A stretch of 64,000 bases of DNA from Candidatus Moraniibacteriota bacterium (GCA_003543115.1 DPJH01000036.1:9182-73181); one strand, 5' to 3'; positions 45,679-56,916 are shown, counted from the stretch's first letter. The notes: generated by a model not told the origin, from the sequence alone. Numbers and translations: made by a program.

Positions 45679-47787
45679 CTACTGGGTTTTTTTGGCAACG
45701 GCTTTCATAGAAAGATTTATTCTTCCTTGAGCGTCAATTTCGCGAACCTTTACAGGAACAATATCTCCAACACTCACCATATCTTCAACTTTTTCCACTC
45801 TTTTTTCTGACAGTTCTGAAATATGAATAAGTCCTTCTTGTCCTGGCAATATTTCAGCAAAAGCTCCGAAAGTCATGATCTTAGTTATCTTGGCATTGAA
45901 TATTTCTCCCGCTTTTACTTCATGGGTAAGATTGTCAATCCATTCCTGTGCTTTCTTAGCAGCCAGGGCATCAGGAGACGTGATGAAGATTGACCCATCA
46001 TCTTCAATGTCTATCTGGACTCCGGTTTCATCGATAATAGCGTTGATGATTTTCCCGCCAGTTCCGATGACATTTCTAATTTTATCCGGATTAATATGCA
46101 TAATGACAATTCTTGGCGCGTATTGGCTCATTTCAGTTCTTGGTGATGGAATTGTTGTTATAATCTTTTCCATTATTTCTAGCCGGTTGATTTTGGATTG
46201 TTCCAATACGGCTTTCAGCATTTCTAGCGTCACTCCTTGTACTTTTACATCCATTTGCAAGGCGGTGATTCCAATTGTTGTTCCGGCAGCTTTGAAATCC
46301 ATATCGCCATAATGATCTTCCAATCCTTGTATATCAGTCAAAACCTTAAAATTCCCTTCTTTACCAACGATTATTCCCATAGCAATTCCAGAAACTGGCC
46401 GTATAATAGGAACTCCGGCATCCATAAGTGAAAGTGTTGACCCGCAAGTTGAAGCCATAGAAGAGGATCCGTTCGACTCAAGAACTTCTGAAACTAAAAG
46501 AATTGTATATGGAAAAACCTCTTTAGCTGGCAAGACTGGGATTAGCGCTTTTTCAGCGAGCGCTCCATGACCCACTTCTCTTCGTCCCGGTCCTCTCATC
46601 GGCCTCACTTCGCCAACAGAATAGGGAGGAAAATTATAGTGATGAATATATCTTTTTTTCATATCTACTTCCATGGTATCTATGATTTGTTCATCTCCAG
46701 GCGAACCTAGGGTGGTTACTGTCAGAGCTTGAGTTTCTCCGCGGGTGAAAAGTCCGGTGCCATGAGTCCTTGGCAGGATTCCAACTTGGCAGTCGATGCG
46801 GCGAATTTGATCCAGCTTCCTTCCGTCTGGTCTTTGCTCTTTGTCTAAAATATTGATATGCACGATTTCATCAGAAACCTCTTCAAAAACTTGCTTGGCT
46901 ATTTCTTTTAATTTATCGATATCTTGCGTAAAGTTAGTTGAAATATATTCACCAACTTTTTCTTCGATAGCCTTAGTTTTTTCTTCAATAACGGCTTTAC
47001 TAGGATCATAGAGAGCTGATTCCAGCCCCTCGGAAATTAAAATTTCTTTGACTTTCGCTTCAAATTCTGGAGTTCCTTGTAAAAGCACAGGCTCTGATTT
47101 TGTTTTTCCAATCTCTGAGGCAATATCTTCAATGAAATTAGCGATCTTTGTGATGGCTTCTTGCCCAAAGGCAAAAGCTTTTATGATAGTTTCTTCAGGA
47201 ACTTCTTTGGCGCCAGCTTCTAGCATATTGATTTTATCTTTTGTGCCAGAAATTACTAAATCCAACTTGCTTTCAGTCAGTTCTCCATTAACGGGATTAA
47301 GAATAAATTCCCCATCGACTTCGCCTACGCGTACTGCTGCTACTGGTCCATTCCAAGGAATGTTAGAAATAGCTAAAGCTGTTGAGGCTGCAATAACGGA
47401 AACTGTATCCGGGTCATTTTCTCCATCAATGGAAAGTACAGTTACAATTACTTGCACTTCATTTCTCATTCTTGAATTGAAAAGCGGTCGAATAGTTCTA
47501 TCAACTACTCTTCCGGTGAGAACAGCCTCGTCAGATGGACGGCCTTCTCGTTTAATGAATCTTGAGCCTTTAATTTTTCCAGCGGCATAATATCTTTCTT
47601 CAAAATCAACCATTAATGGAAAATATCCACTAATACGTGAAGCTCCCTTGCTCATGACAGCTGTCGCTAAAACCACCGTATCTCCATAACGTACGGTTAC
47701 GGACCCATTGGCTTGTTTGGCTAGAAGCCCTGTTTCGATTTCAAGCATTCTCCCTCCAATTTGAAGGGACCATTTTTTTTGTTCCAT
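45679..47787 (-). CDS. pnp: polynucleotide phosphorylase
   Basis: Two RNase PH domains plus KH and S1 domains, 702 aa, downstream of rpsO. Confidence 0.9.
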   Translation of the reverse strand: MEQKKWSLQIGGRMLEIETGLLAKQANGSVTVRYGDTVVLATAVMSKGASRISGYFPLMVDFEERYYAAGKIKGSRFIKREGRPSDEAVLTGRVVDRTIRPLFNSRMRNEVQVIVTVLSIDGENDPDTVSVIAASTALAISNIPWNGPVAAVRVGEVDGEFILNPVNGELTESKLDLVISGTKDKINMLEAGAKEVPEETIIKAFAFGQEAITKIANFIEDIASEIGKTKSEPVLLQGTPEFEAKVKEILISEGLESALYDPSKAVIEEKTKAIEEKVGEYISTNFTQDIDKLKEIAKQVFEEVSDEIVHINILDKEQRPDGRKLDQIRRIDCQVGILPRTHGTGLFTRGETQALTVTTLGSPGDEQIIDTMEVDMKKRYIHHYNFPPYSVGEVRPMRGPGRREVGHGALAEKALIPVLPAKEVFPYTILLVSEVLESNGSSSMASTCGSTLSLMDAGVPIIRPVSGIAMGIIVGKEGNFKVLTDIQGLEDHYGDMDFKAAGTTIGITALQMDVKVQGVTLEMLKAVLEQSKINRLEIMEKIITTIPSPRTEMSQYAPRIVIMHINPDKIRNVIGTGGKIINAIIDETGVQIDIEDDGSIFITSPDALAAKKAQEWIDNLTHEVKAGEIFNAKITKIMTFGAFAEILPGQEGLIHISELSEKRVEKVEDMVSVGDIVPVKVREIDAQGRINLSMKAVAKKTQ

Positions 47788-48003
47788 AGAACATTAGCCT
47801 TGAACTAACGACGTTATAAACACGATATTAATTTCAACGTATTGAACTTAATATTGTGCCTGTTACGCGTTAAACCAAGGTGTGTTAAGTTGTTAAATCG
47901 CAGTATTTTCAAGCATTAGCATGAAATACCACATTTAAAGATTAGCTTATTTTTTTTGCTTTGTCAAAGCAAAAAGCCATTAAATGGCTTTTTATCCGGG
48001 TTA

Positions 48004-48501
48004 TTATATGAGAAATTTTTTCTTATTTTCACTTATATTAGTAAATTCATCTACTTCTTCTACGAGTTTGGCGCTGGTGGATTCAAGAAAGGCCATAATT
48101 TCTACACGACATCCGGTGGTGCTTTGAATATACTTTACAAGCGGTATGTAATCTCCATCTCCAGACATAAGTATGAGAACATCCAGGCTCTTGGACATTT
48201 TGATGGCGTCTACTGCGATTCCTACATCCCAATCGCCTTTTTTGGCTCCTCCTGGAAAAATTTGCAAATCTTTGGTCTTAACTTCAAATCCTTGTTTTTC
48301 CAAGGCTTCAAAGAATTTTTCTTCTTGTCCCTCAAGAGTTTTAATTCCATAGGCAATGGCTCGTATAAGCTTTCTGTCTCCCACTCCATCTTTAAGCAGA
48401 GCTCCAAAATTAGCCTTTTTCTTATGTAGAACCTTAGCTGAATAGTAGAGATTTTGAATATCTACTAAAACCCCTACTCGTTGTTCTTTGAATATAGACA
48501 T
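48004..48501 (-). CDS. NYN-domain (LabA/DUF88-like) protein
   Basis: Carries the NYN motifs VGVLVDIQNLYY and DVLILMSGDGDY. Confidence 0.65.
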   Translation of the reverse strand: MSIFKEQRVGVLVDIQNLYYSAKVLHKKKANFGALLKDGVGDRKLIRAIAYGIKTLEGQEEKFFEALEKQGFEVKTKDLQIFPGGAKKGDWDVGIAVDAIKMSKSLDVLILMSGDGDYIPLVKYIQSTTGCRVEIMAFLESTSAKLVEEVDEFTNISENKKKFLI

Positions 48502-48562
48502 GGTTTGAAATATTAATCAGTTAATAAACAAAAGCAGGCTTCCACCCGCTTTTATATTTAAG

Positions 48563-48832
48563 TTATCCTTTGATTTCAAGCTTTTTTACTATTGTCTTGT
48601 AAGTTTTTTCGTTAGTTTTCTGCAAATAAAGCATTAGCCTTTTTCTTTTTGATATCATCTTCAGAAGTCCTCTTCTGGAATGGAAGTCCTTAGCATTTTT
48701 CTTGAGATGAGAAGTGAGTTTTTTAATTTTTTCTGTAAAAAGAGCAATTTGATATTCTGGAGAACCAGTATCTTTTTCATGTCTTTTTACATCTTCTGTG
48801 ACTTGGCCTTTTTGCTTGTGGGTAAGCGCCAT
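48563..48832 (-). CDS. rpsO: 30S ribosomal protein S15
   Basis: An 89-aa protein starting MALTHKQKGQV with HSRRGLLKMISKRKRLMLYL. Confidence 0.9.
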   Translation of the reverse strand: MALTHKQKGQVTEDVKRHEKDTGSPEYQIALFTEKIKKLTSHLKKNAKDFHSRRGLLKMISKRKRLMLYLQKTNEKTYKTIVKKLEIKG

Positions 48833-49021
48833 ATTTTTTTCGGCTAAACATCAGTTAGGTCTTGCTTTTTATCACAATCCGCAGACCCTATTGGTCAACC
48901 AATGTTTGCTAATAAATTATTACTTTTCAATTTTAGCATAATAAATACATATTGTCCAGTTTTAACGGTCAAAACATGAAGTTTATGCTACAATTAAAAA
49001 ATAATCATAAAAAATGTAAAA

Positions 49022-51184
49022 ATGTTTGATATATTGGAAAAATTAAACTTGGCTCAAAGAGAAGCTGTTGAAAAAACGGAAGGTCCAGTTTTAGTGATTG
49101 CCGGAGCGGGTTCAGGAAAAACAAAAGCTCTTACTCATCGGGTGGCATACTTGATTCGCGAAAAAAAAGTTTCTCCGGGAAACATTTTAGCCGTAACCTT
49201 CACAAACAAAGCTGCTCAAGAAATGAAAGAGAGGATTCTTGATCTTCTGGGGGGAAACAAGAACAGTCTTCCATTAATTGGAACTTTTCATTCGATTTGT
49301 GTAAGGATTTTGAGGACAGAAATTGAAAAAATAGGATATAAAAAGACTTTTAATATTTTTGATACCCAAGATCAGGAATCTTTGATGAAGAAAACTATGC
49401 GGGAACTGGAAATCGACATGGATCAATTTAAGCCCAAAACAATATTGGGGACGATTTCTAGAGCAAAAAACGAACTTAAGGATGCTAATGATTTCTTTCT
49501 TCAAATTGACGGTTACTATGAAGAAATGGTGGCTAAAATATATATCGCTTATCAGAAAAAATTGAAGGAGCAGGATGCTTTGGATTTCGATGATATTATA
49601 ATGCTGACAGTAAAAATACTTAATAGTGTCCCGCAAACATTGCAAAAATATCAAAACCTATTTCGCTATATTATGGTAGACGAATATCAGGACACAAACC
49701 ATGCCCAATATACCTTGGTGCGAATGTTGGCTCAAAAATGGGGAAATATTTGTGTCGTAGGGGACGATTGGCAGGGCATTTATTCTTGGAGAGGTGCTAA
49801 TATCCAAAACATTTTAGATTTTGAAAAAGATTACCCTGAAGCTAAAGTAATTAAATTAGAGCAAAATTATCGCTCTACACAAAACATATTGGATGCAGCT
49901 TATGGAGTTATTTCTCAAAATATAAATCGAAAAGATAAGAAAATATGGACTGAAAACAAAGGAGGACACTTGGTGAGTATATACGAAGCTTCTAATGAAA
50001 GAGACGAGGCTGAATTTTTGATCTCTGAAATTATTAAGCACAAGGAAAGAAATCAATCCAGCTTAAATGATTTTGTGGTTCTTTATCGAACCAATGCCCA
50101 ATCCCGCATAGTTGAAGAGGCTATGCTTAGGAATTCTTTGCCGTATCGCATTATTGGCGGATTAAAATTCTATCAAAGAAAAGAGGTGAAAGATATTATT
50201 GCATATCTGCGCTTGATTCAAAATTTTAATGATGAAATATCTTTGGACAGGATTATTAATGAGCCAAAAAGGAATATTGGAGAAGTGACTTTGAAAAAAA
50301 TAATTTTACTGGCCAAAGAAAACAACATAACCCCGATTGAAGTAGGTTCTCAAATAAAAGAACTTAATTTGCAAATTGAAAAAAAATCTAAAATCCAAAA
50401 TTCAAAAATCGATGCGATTGTAAATTTTTGCGATTTTATCGTTAAGGCTAAAGAAAAAAGCAGCAAGGTGACGGTGGCAAAATTAATTGAATTTACTTTT
50501 TCTGCAAGTGGCTATGAAAAATCATTGCTCGATGGTACGGACGAGGGTCAAGCCCGTTATGAAAATGTGCGTGAATTGCAAACGGTAGCAAAAAAATATG
50601 ATGATTATGAAAATGCAGAGGGCTTGAGTTTGTTTTTGGAAGAAGTGGCCTTAATTGCGGATACGGATAATATTGATCAATCCACTGAGTCAGTGCATTT
50701 GATGACTCTGCATAGTGCCAAGGGATTGGAATTTAAAACAGTTTTCATTATCGGCTTGGAAGAGGGGATTTTTCCTCATTCTAGAAGCGTTATGGATGAT
50801 CGTGAAATGGAGGAAGAGAGAAGATTGATGTATGTGGGCATTACCAGGGCCAAAGAAAAGGTATATTTGCTCTATACTCGAGAGCGAAATATTTTCGGAT
50901 CTTTGCAGATAAATTCACCTTCACGGTTTATTGATGATATTCCTGTTCATTTAATGGATGATGCCCCTAAAGAGAAAAAAAATCTTCTTTTTCAAAAAGA
51001 AAAAGGGGCTTTCCAAGAAAAGAAACTTCCTAAATCTGATTATGTTGATGGAGACAGAGTGGATCATCCTGTTTTTGGGACAGGTCTTATTATTTCTTCT
51101 CAGGGAGATATTTTGACTATAGCCTTTTCCAAGGCGGGCCTTAAAAAACTTTCCGCTTCTATAGCACCGCTTAGAAAAATATGA
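49022..51184 (+). CDS. pcrA: ATP-dependent DNA helicase PcrA/UvrD
   Basis: Has UvrD motifs I (AGAGSGKT), II (DEYQDTN), and V/VI (TLHSAKGLEF, VGITRAK). Confidence 0.85.
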   Translation: MFDILEKLNLAQREAVEKTEGPVLVIAGAGSGKTKALTHRVAYLIREKKVSPGNILAVTFTNKAAQEMKERILDLLGGNKNSLPLIGTFHSICVRILRTEIEKIGYKKTFNIFDTQDQESLMKKTMRELEIDMDQFKPKTILGTISRAKNELKDANDFFLQIDGYYEEMVAKIYIAYQKKLKEQDALDFDDIIMLTVKILNSVPQTLQKYQNLFRYIMVDEYQDTNHAQYTLVRMLAQKWGNICVVGDDWQGIYSWRGANIQNILDFEKDYPEAKVIKLEQNYRSTQNILDAAYGVISQNINRKDKKIWTENKGGHLVSIYEASNERDEAEFLISEIIKHKERNQSSLNDFVVLYRTNAQSRIVEEAMLRNSLPYRIIGGLKFYQRKEVKDIIAYLRLIQNFNDEISLDRIINEPKRNIGEVTLKKIILLAKENNITPIEVGSQIKELNLQIEKKSKIQNSKIDAIVNFCDFIVKAKEKSSKVTVAKLIEFTFSASGYEKSLLDGTDEGQARYENVRELQTVAKKYDDYENAEGLSLFLEEVALIADTDNIDQSTESVHLMTLHSAKGLEFKTVFIIGLEEGIFPHSRSVMDDREMEEERRLMYVGITRAKEKVYLLYTRERNIFGSLQINSPSRFIDDIPVHLMDDAPKEKKNLLFQKEKGAFQEKKLPKSDYVDGDRVDHPVFGTGLIISSQGDILTIAFSKAGLKKLSASIAPLRKI

Positions 51185-51188
51185 TCTA

Positions 51189-51239
51189 TTTCTGCATAAT
51201 AAAAAATCTGCTTAAAGCAGATTTTTTATTATGCAGAAA
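51189..51239. terminator. bidirectional terminator / 23-bp perfect palindrome between convergent pcrA and LysM-CHAP genes
   Basis: TTCTGCATAATAAAAAATCTGCTT-AA-AGCAGATTTTTTATTATGCAGAA has T-runs in both orientations. Confidence 0.55.
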
Positions 51240-51246
51240 TCCGTTT

Positions 51247-52509
51247 TTAATAAATAAATCCTTTAACCACTCGATTGCCAATGCTGATCGTTCTAGTTGA
51301 TTTTTTGGCAAAGCCTCTATAATTCATTTCAGAAACTGTAAACTCGCCTCCTCTAACGCTTTCTACGATAGCCACATGACCCCACCATGACTCAGAAGAA
51401 ACCATGATTGATCCGACTTTCGGTGTTTTCCCTGTTGCATATCCCATGGATTTGGCACGATATAACCAAGTTCCGGCGTTGCCTGACCAAGGAACATATT
51501 TTTTAGAGGCTACATACCATGTGCAATATCCGTAAGGAAATTTATGTCCATTCCCATTGGCTGATCCAACTTTTTTGCCGGATACTTCGAAAGATTCATA
51601 AGGTCTTGCGGCTATTGGAGCAGAATTGTTATTGCGGGCAATATTTGAGTTTGGAGTGGAGACCGGAATATCTTTTTGGCCATCTGGAATGATTATTTCT
51701 TGGCCGTCCTTCAGGTCTCCATTGGCTGGCAAATCATTGAAAGATATGATTTTCTCCTTGTTAGCTTTATATTTTTCACAAATTGAATCGATGGTGTCAT
51801 TCTTTTTAACAGTATAGCTCAAACCTGAAGTAGGTAAAATGAATATTTTATCGCCTGGCATGATAGAGTCAACATTGTCAATTTCATTAGCCCAAAGAAT
51901 AGTATTGACTGAAATATGATGCTTTAATGCTATGGCATTGACAGTGTCACCTGATTGTACTTCATAAATTTCTACCCCTCCATCTTCTTCAGGATCTTTT
52001 TTGACTGGGCTGGTTCCTGCTATCAGAGCCTGACCCTGCATAGTTACGAGAGAAGCAGCATCTTCCTCCTTAAGTGTCGGATCAGGGGCTGTGCTGGCTT
52101 GAGCGATAGGAGCTAGGGCTATTCCTCTTTTTTTATCGGATTCCAAAAAAAGTTTTTTCTCAAGTGGATTTTCAAGATTATCCTCAGCTGATCCAAGATA
52201 TCCAAAAAGAAATCCGCTGGATTCTTTTCCTGATGAAATGTTGGTAGCTGAAACAAGAAAAGCACTTGAAATAACAACAATAAGAGCGGAATAGCTCCTA
52301 AATATATGGAGTAATTTTATGGTTCTTCGCTCCTTTATAAAATTAATGATATTCTTTTGTCCTAGATGAATCTGTTTGAGCAGATTTTTTAGGTTGTCAC
52401 GGCCTAATAAACTTTGGGATAGCGAAATAATTAGTTTACTAATGGCATTGATCTTTCTTTTTGGTTTTGGTTTTAGATAGAAAGCGTATAAGACTCTCTT
52501 GATCATCAT
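51247..52509 (-). CDS. LysM-LysM-CHAP peptidoglycan hydrolase
   Basis: An N-terminal TM helix is followed by two LysM motifs (YEVQSGDTVNAIA, YTVKKNDTIDSIC) and a C-terminal CHAP domain (GYCTWYV...WGHVAIVESV). Confidence 0.7.
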   Translation of the reverse strand: MMIKRVLYAFYLKPKPKRKINAISKLIISLSQSLLGRDNLKNLLKQIHLGQKNIINFIKERRTIKLLHIFRSYSALIVVISSAFLVSATNISSGKESSGFLFGYLGSAEDNLENPLEKKLFLESDKKRGIALAPIAQASTAPDPTLKEEDAASLVTMQGQALIAGTSPVKKDPEEDGGVEIYEVQSGDTVNAIALKHHISVNTILWANEIDNVDSIMPGDKIFILPTSGLSYTVKKNDTIDSICEKYKANKEKIISFNDLPANGDLKDGQEIIIPDGQKDIPVSTPNSNIARNNNSAPIAARPYESFEVSGKKVGSANGNGHKFPYGYCTWYVASKKYVPWSGNAGTWLYRAKSMGYATGKTPKVGSIMVSSESWWGHVAIVESVRGGEFTVSEMNYRGFAKKSTRTISIGNRVVKGFIY

Positions 52510-52701
52510 TCCAGAACCCTAATTTTTATTAATAACAAGTATATATTGAATAGGGTCGTTTGTCAAACATAAAATTAGCATAAATTAGCAAATTACAAAC
52601 AAGGCTTGGTTAAGATAAAAAAATTATAATTATGCAAAGATATAAAAAAATTTTATTTTTTCTCATAATTAGATTATTATGGATACAGGCTTAAAAGAAA
52701 T

Positions 52702-53658
52702 ATGGATATAAATTATTATAAAAAACAATTTCTTGATTATTTGGAAATTGAAAAAGGACGGTCAAGAAAAACAATCGAAAACTATGATCATTATCTGGAT
52801 GTTTTTTTGGATTGGGCTAAAATTGATTCTGTTGGGCAAATAAATGGAGATCTGATCAGAAATTTTAGAATCTATTTGAATAGATTGGAAACAAAAAATG
52901 GGAATACTCTAAAGCGAGTTACGCAGAATTACTACATCATTTCCATAAGAAGCTTTCTTAAGTATATGGCTAAAATTGATGTTAACACTTTGCAGGCAGA
53001 AAAAGTTGAAATCGGAAAGGCAACTAGCAGAGAAGTCGATTTTCTTGAAATTGATGAAATTTATAGGATATTGGCAGCAGCTGAAGGAAATGGCTTTAAG
53101 ACATTGCGCGATAGGGCTATTTTGGAGCTGCTATTTTCAGCGGGCTTGCGTGTTTCAGAGCTTGTTAATATAAATAGGGATAAAATAGATTTAAACAATC
53201 AAGAATTCAGTGTGAGAGGAAAAGGAGATAAGATTAGAATTGTTTTCGTTTCTGCTCAAGCAAAAAAATGTTTAAAAAAATATATAGACATGAGGACTGA
53301 TATTGATCCAGCTTTGTTTGTGCGTGATGCAAGGGCTCTAAAAAAATTTGAAAGCAAGAATAAGTTGCGTGCTGGTAAAAAAGACAATGTGGGTGACGAT
53401 TTAAGATTGACTTCCAGAAGCGTGCAGAGAATAGTCAAATATTATGCGGCTAAAGCTGGAATAATCAAAGATGTCCATCCTCATACGCTGCGCCATTCCT
53501 TTGCAACAAATCTCCTTATGAATGGAGCTGATATAAGAAGCGTTCAGGAAATGCTCGGTCATTCGTCCATAACTACAACCCAGGTATATACTCATATTAC
53601 GAACAAAAAATTGAAGGAGGTTCACTTAAGCTTTCATGGAAAGAGGAATAAAAAATAA
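52702..53658 (+). CDS. tyrosine recombinase XerC/XerD-like
   Basis: The C-terminal catalytic region reads HPHTLRHSFATNLLMNGADIRSVQEMLGHSSITTTQVYTH, and a SAM-like N-domain is present. Confidence 0.8.
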   Translation: MDINYYKKQFLDYLEIEKGRSRKTIENYDHYLDVFLDWAKIDSVGQINGDLIRNFRIYLNRLETKNGNTLKRVTQNYYIISIRSFLKYMAKIDVNTLQAEKVEIGKATSREVDFLEIDEIYRILAAAEGNGFKTLRDRAILELLFSAGLRVSELVNINRDKIDLNNQEFSVRGKGDKIRIVFVSAQAKKCLKKYIDMRTDIDPALFVRDARALKKFESKNKLRAGKKDNVGDDLRLTSRSVQRIVKYYAAKAGIIKDVHPHTLRHSFATNLLMNGADIRSVQEMLGHSSITTTQVYTHITNKKLKEVHLSFHGKRNKK

Positions 53659-53716
53659 CACAGTTGACTAGAAATATATTTTTCAGTAAGATTAGAAATG
53701 TTATTTATGAAATTTT

Positions 53717-53790
53717 GGTCGCTTAGCTCAGTTGGTTAGAGTATCACATTGACATTGTGGGGGTCAGTGGTTCGAGTCCACTAGCGACCA
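53717..53790 (+). tRNA. tRNA-Val (anticodon GAC)
   Basis: Cloverleaf read by eye with a 7-bp acceptor stem (GGTCGCT/AGCGACC), anticodon loop TTGACAT and T-loop GGTTCGAGTCC. CCA is not encoded. Confidence 0.8.
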
Positions 53791-53805
53791 CATATTTTTA
53801 AATAA

Positions 53806-53877
53806 GGGACCATAGCTCAGCGGTAGAGCAGGCGACTCATAATCGCTTGGTCGCTGGTTCGAATCCAGCTGGTCCCA
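53806..53877 (+). tRNA. tRNA-Met (anticodon CAT; elongator or Ile-lysidine type)
   Basis: Acceptor stem GGGACCA/TGGTCCC, anticodon loop CTCATAA, T-loop GGTTCGAATCC. The anticodon stem lacks the three G-C pairs of an initiator. Confidence 0.8.
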
Positions 53878-53885
53878 CTACTAAA

Positions 53886-53913
53886 TTAAAAACCCCTTTT
53901 TAGGGGTTTTTAA
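53886..53913. terminator. bidirectional rho-independent terminator (tRNAs / ftsH)
   Basis: AAAAACCCCT-TTTT-AGGGGTTTTT sits between the convergent tRNA genes and ftsH. Confidence 0.7.
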
Positions 53914-53925
53914 TTTGAAGATTTA

Positions 53926-55881
53926 TTATACGCCTTCAACTGGATTGGGATCAGGAACAGTTTTTTTATTCTTTTCAGAAGGACTCTTGGATGGAGAGCC
54001 TTCTTTTTTTGTGTCAATTTCCACTGGTTGGTCAAGATCGGGTTTTACAGGAGCGGTAGTTCTCTTTTTAATCCCCATGATATTATTGAATTCTTCTTGT
54101 TCCATGGTTTCTTTTTCGATGAGTTTAGCTACCAAATCTCCCATAACATCCTTTTTATCAAGTATGATTTTTTCAGCTACCTTATAAGCATCAGCAATAA
54201 ATTTTGAAACTTGTTTATCGATATCTTCAGCTGTCTTTTCTGAGTAATTTTTTTCTTCATGCATTTCCTTTCCCAAAAAAACCATTTCTTGCTTGTGTCC
54301 AAACGTACGTGGACCAAGTTCGCTCATTCCGTATCTGGTTACTAGATTTCTGGACATTGAGGTAGCTCTTTCCAGATCATTAGAGGCTCCGGTAGTTACG
54401 ACTCCAAAGGCGATTTTTTCGCTCACATAGCCTCCTAGGAGAACCGATAGCTCGTCAATAAAATAATCCCTGGATAAAAGTCTTTTATCTTTGGCTGGAG
54501 CACTAAGGGTATATCCGCCTGCGTGACCGCGAGAAATGATAGATATCTTTTGAACAGGATCGGTGTTTTTAAGGCTTGCTCCTACTAGAGCATGCCCAGC
54601 TTCATGATAGGCAATGATTTTCTTTTCTTCTTCGTCAATAATGCGGCTTCTTCGCTCAGGTCCGAGAATAACTTTTTCAATTGATTCTGTAAGTTCTCGC
54701 ATGAAAATTTCTTTTTTCCCTCTCCTGGCGGAAAAAATAGCTGCCTCATTCAAAAGATTGGATAAATCAGCTCCGGAAAATCCCGGTGTCCTTTCGGCAA
54801 TTACCCGCAAATCAATATTATCGGCTAAGGGTTTGTTTTTGGCATGTATTTTAAGTATTGCTACTCTCTCTTCAATATCAGGCAGATCCATTGTAACGCG
54901 CCTGTCAAAGCGTCCTGGACGAAGAAGAGCGGGATCAAGCACATCTGGCCTGTTGGTAGCAGCTATGACAATTACATTGGTGTTAGTGTCGAAACCATCC
55001 ATTTCTACCAATATTTGATTGAGCGTTTGCTCTCTTTCGTCATGTCCGCCTCCAAGACCTGCTCCACGATGACGTCCTACGGCATCTATTTCATCAATGA
55101 AGACTATAGCAGGCGCATTTTTCTTGGCTTGTTTGAATAGGTCTCGCACTCTTGATGCTCCCACTCCTACAAACATTTCTACAAATTCACTTCCGGAGAT
55201 ATTGAAAAATGGCGCATTAGCTTCGCCAGCCACAGCTTTAGCAATAAGAGTTTTTCCTGTTCCAGGAGGGCCTAACAATAGAACTCCTTTAGGAATTTTC
55301 GCTCCAAGCTTTAAAAATTTACCGGGAGTTTTTAAAAATTCCACTATTTCCATGAGCTCTTCCTTAGCTTCTTTGGCTCCAGCGACATCTTTAAATGTAG
55401 TTCGAAATCTTTTATCTTTTGGATCAACCACTCTGGCTCGGGATGAACCGAAGGAAAGAGCCTGGCTGTTTCCTTTTTGCGCTTGTTTTAGCATAAACCA
55501 AATAAATCCGGCAATAAGAAGGAATGGCAATAGGAATGGCAGAACTGTTCCTAGCCAAAATGACGAAGAAGCGTTATCTTTGATATTTATATTAACTTCA
55601 GCCAATTTTTCCTGGCTTACTCCATAATTTTTTAGAGTTTCTGTAAGTCCGGCTTCCTTTTCCTTGATAGATGTTTCTTTTTTATCATTTTTCAATGATA
55701 TTACAAGACTATTCTCATCTACAACTATCTCTTTCACCAAAGACTCATTTATTTGCGAGGCCAGCTCACTGAGTGAAATTTCAGCTGGCTTTTCTTCGGG
55801 CCCTTTATAGAGAATAAAAAGACCGGAAAAGAGAAGAACAAATAGTATGATTAGACTGATGTTTTTATTTAAATTTTTCAT
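53926..55881 (-). CDS. ftsH: ATP-dependent zinc metalloprotease FtsH
   Basis: An N-terminal TM helix, the AAA motif GPPGTGKT, and the HEAGH zinc site. Confidence 0.9.
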   Translation of the reverse strand: MKNLNKNISLIILFVLLFSGLFILYKGPEEKPAEISLSELASQINESLVKEIVVDENSLVISLKNDKKETSIKEKEAGLTETLKNYGVSQEKLAEVNINIKDNASSSFWLGTVLPFLLPFLLIAGFIWFMLKQAQKGNSQALSFGSSRARVVDPKDKRFRTTFKDVAGAKEAKEELMEIVEFLKTPGKFLKLGAKIPKGVLLLGPPGTGKTLIAKAVAGEANAPFFNISGSEFVEMFVGVGASRVRDLFKQAKKNAPAIVFIDEIDAVGRHRGAGLGGGHDEREQTLNQILVEMDGFDTNTNVIVIAATNRPDVLDPALLRPGRFDRRVTMDLPDIEERVAILKIHAKNKPLADNIDLRVIAERTPGFSGADLSNLLNEAAIFSARRGKKEIFMRELTESIEKVILGPERRSRIIDEEEKKIIAYHEAGHALVGASLKNTDPVQKISIISRGHAGGYTLSAPAKDKRLLSRDYFIDELSVLLGGYVSEKIAFGVVTTGASNDLERATSMSRNLVTRYGMSELGPRTFGHKQEMVFLGKEMHEEKNYSEKTAEDIDKQVSKFIADAYKVAEKIILDKKDVMGDLVAKLIEKETMEQEEFNNIMGIKKRTTAPVKPDLDQPVEIDTKKEGSPSKSPSEKNKKTVPDPNPVEGV

Positions 55882-55965
55882 GTAATATGTTGGAACCGCG
55901 ATTTTCGCATCTATATATTTGCTTAAATAATATACGAATCCGCCAATTCAATTTATAAATTAATT

Positions 55966-56916
55966 TTATAGTTTGCTAATAGTAACTTTATCACCCTTTC
56001 TGATGATTTTCAACCCTTCGAATGAAATAGTCTGATTCTTACCTTTAGTACTTTTTATTGCTTTTAAAATTTCTTCAATATGCAAAGCGTGAACATTTTT
56101 TTTATCCATCTTTTCACTAGCAATAAAATTGATAATTATCCTTTTTTGAATAGCGGGATAAAGGGAAGTTATTTTTTTTATTGACAAAGACTTGTCATTT
56201 TCGAGATAGCTTCGAGCAAAATCATCTAAAAATGAATTATCTTCACTAATAGAAAGCGTTGCATTAAACAATGTTTTTTTAATATTGGGATTATAATTTT
56301 TTTCCAAATAAGGAATAAGCTGGTTGCGAATTTTATTGCGAAAAAATTTGGATTCCAGATTTGTCTTGTCTGTTCGATAAGTTAAATTTTTTGTTTCAAG
56401 ATAATGCAAGACGTCTCTTCTTGAAGCTGCTAGTAAGGGGCGAATAATACATCCATTTTTAAATCTCATAGAGCCAAGCCCGCTTAATCCGGAACCGCGC
56501 AGAATTCTCATGAGAAAAGTTTCAGCCTGATCATCGCGATTGTGGGCAACAGCGACTAAATCAAAATTATTATCTTTTCGGATCTTTTCAAAAAAATCAT
56601 AACGGATTTTACGTAGCTTTTCTTCTGTGTTTTTTGAGGTCGTTTTTGGTGGATGCAGAATTTGAATAGGAATATTGTATTTTTCTGAAAGACTGGTAAC
56701 AAATTTTTCGTCCATCAAGCTGTCTTTTCCTCGCAAACTATAATTGACGTGGGCAATAATCAATTCCAGGGAATATTTTTTGCTCAGTTGAAAAAAAATA
56801 TCCAAAAGACAGGTTGAGTCTGGACCTCCGGATACACCGATGACAATTTTAGATTTTTTTTGCCAAAGATCGTATTGATGGGAAATGTTTTGAAATTGTT
56901 TAATTAGATTTTTCAT
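55966..56916 (-). CDS. tilS: tRNA(Ile)-lysidine synthetase
   Basis: PP-loop SGGPDS in an N-type ATP pyrophosphatase fold, 316 aa. Confidence 0.8.
   Translation of the reverse strand: MKNLIKQFQNISHQYDLWQKKSKIVIGVSGGPDSTCLLDIFFQLSKKYSLELIIAHVNYSLRGKDSLMDEKFVTSLSEKYNIPIQILHPPKTTSKNTEEKLRKIRYDFFEKIRKDNNFDLVAVAHNRDDQAETFLMRILRGSGLSGLGSMRFKNGCIIRPLLAASRRDVLHYLETKNLTYRTDKTNLESKFFRNKIRNQLIPYLEKNYNPNIKKTLFNATLSISEDNSFLDDFARSYLENDKSLSIKKITSLYPAIQKRIIINFIASEKMDKKNVHALHIEEILKAIKSTKGKNQTISFEGLKIIRKGDKVTISKL

Noticed and set aside
47048-47590. 180-aa plus-strand ORF inside pnp and similar antisense ORFs in ftsH (54614-55627) and dnaA (12318-13274)
   Set aside because: They are embedded antisense to highly conserved genes. 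The low-complexity Ser/Ala-rich translations are typical of reverse-strand artefacts.
52702-53877. Integrase + tRNA as signature of an integrated mobile element
   Set aside because: The recombinase has the XerC/XerD chromosome-dimer-resolution motif set and normal size. Flanking genes are core housekeeping (pcrA, ftsH, tilS, cmk, rpsA). No direct repeat of the tRNA 3' end or phage/plasmid genes is seen.
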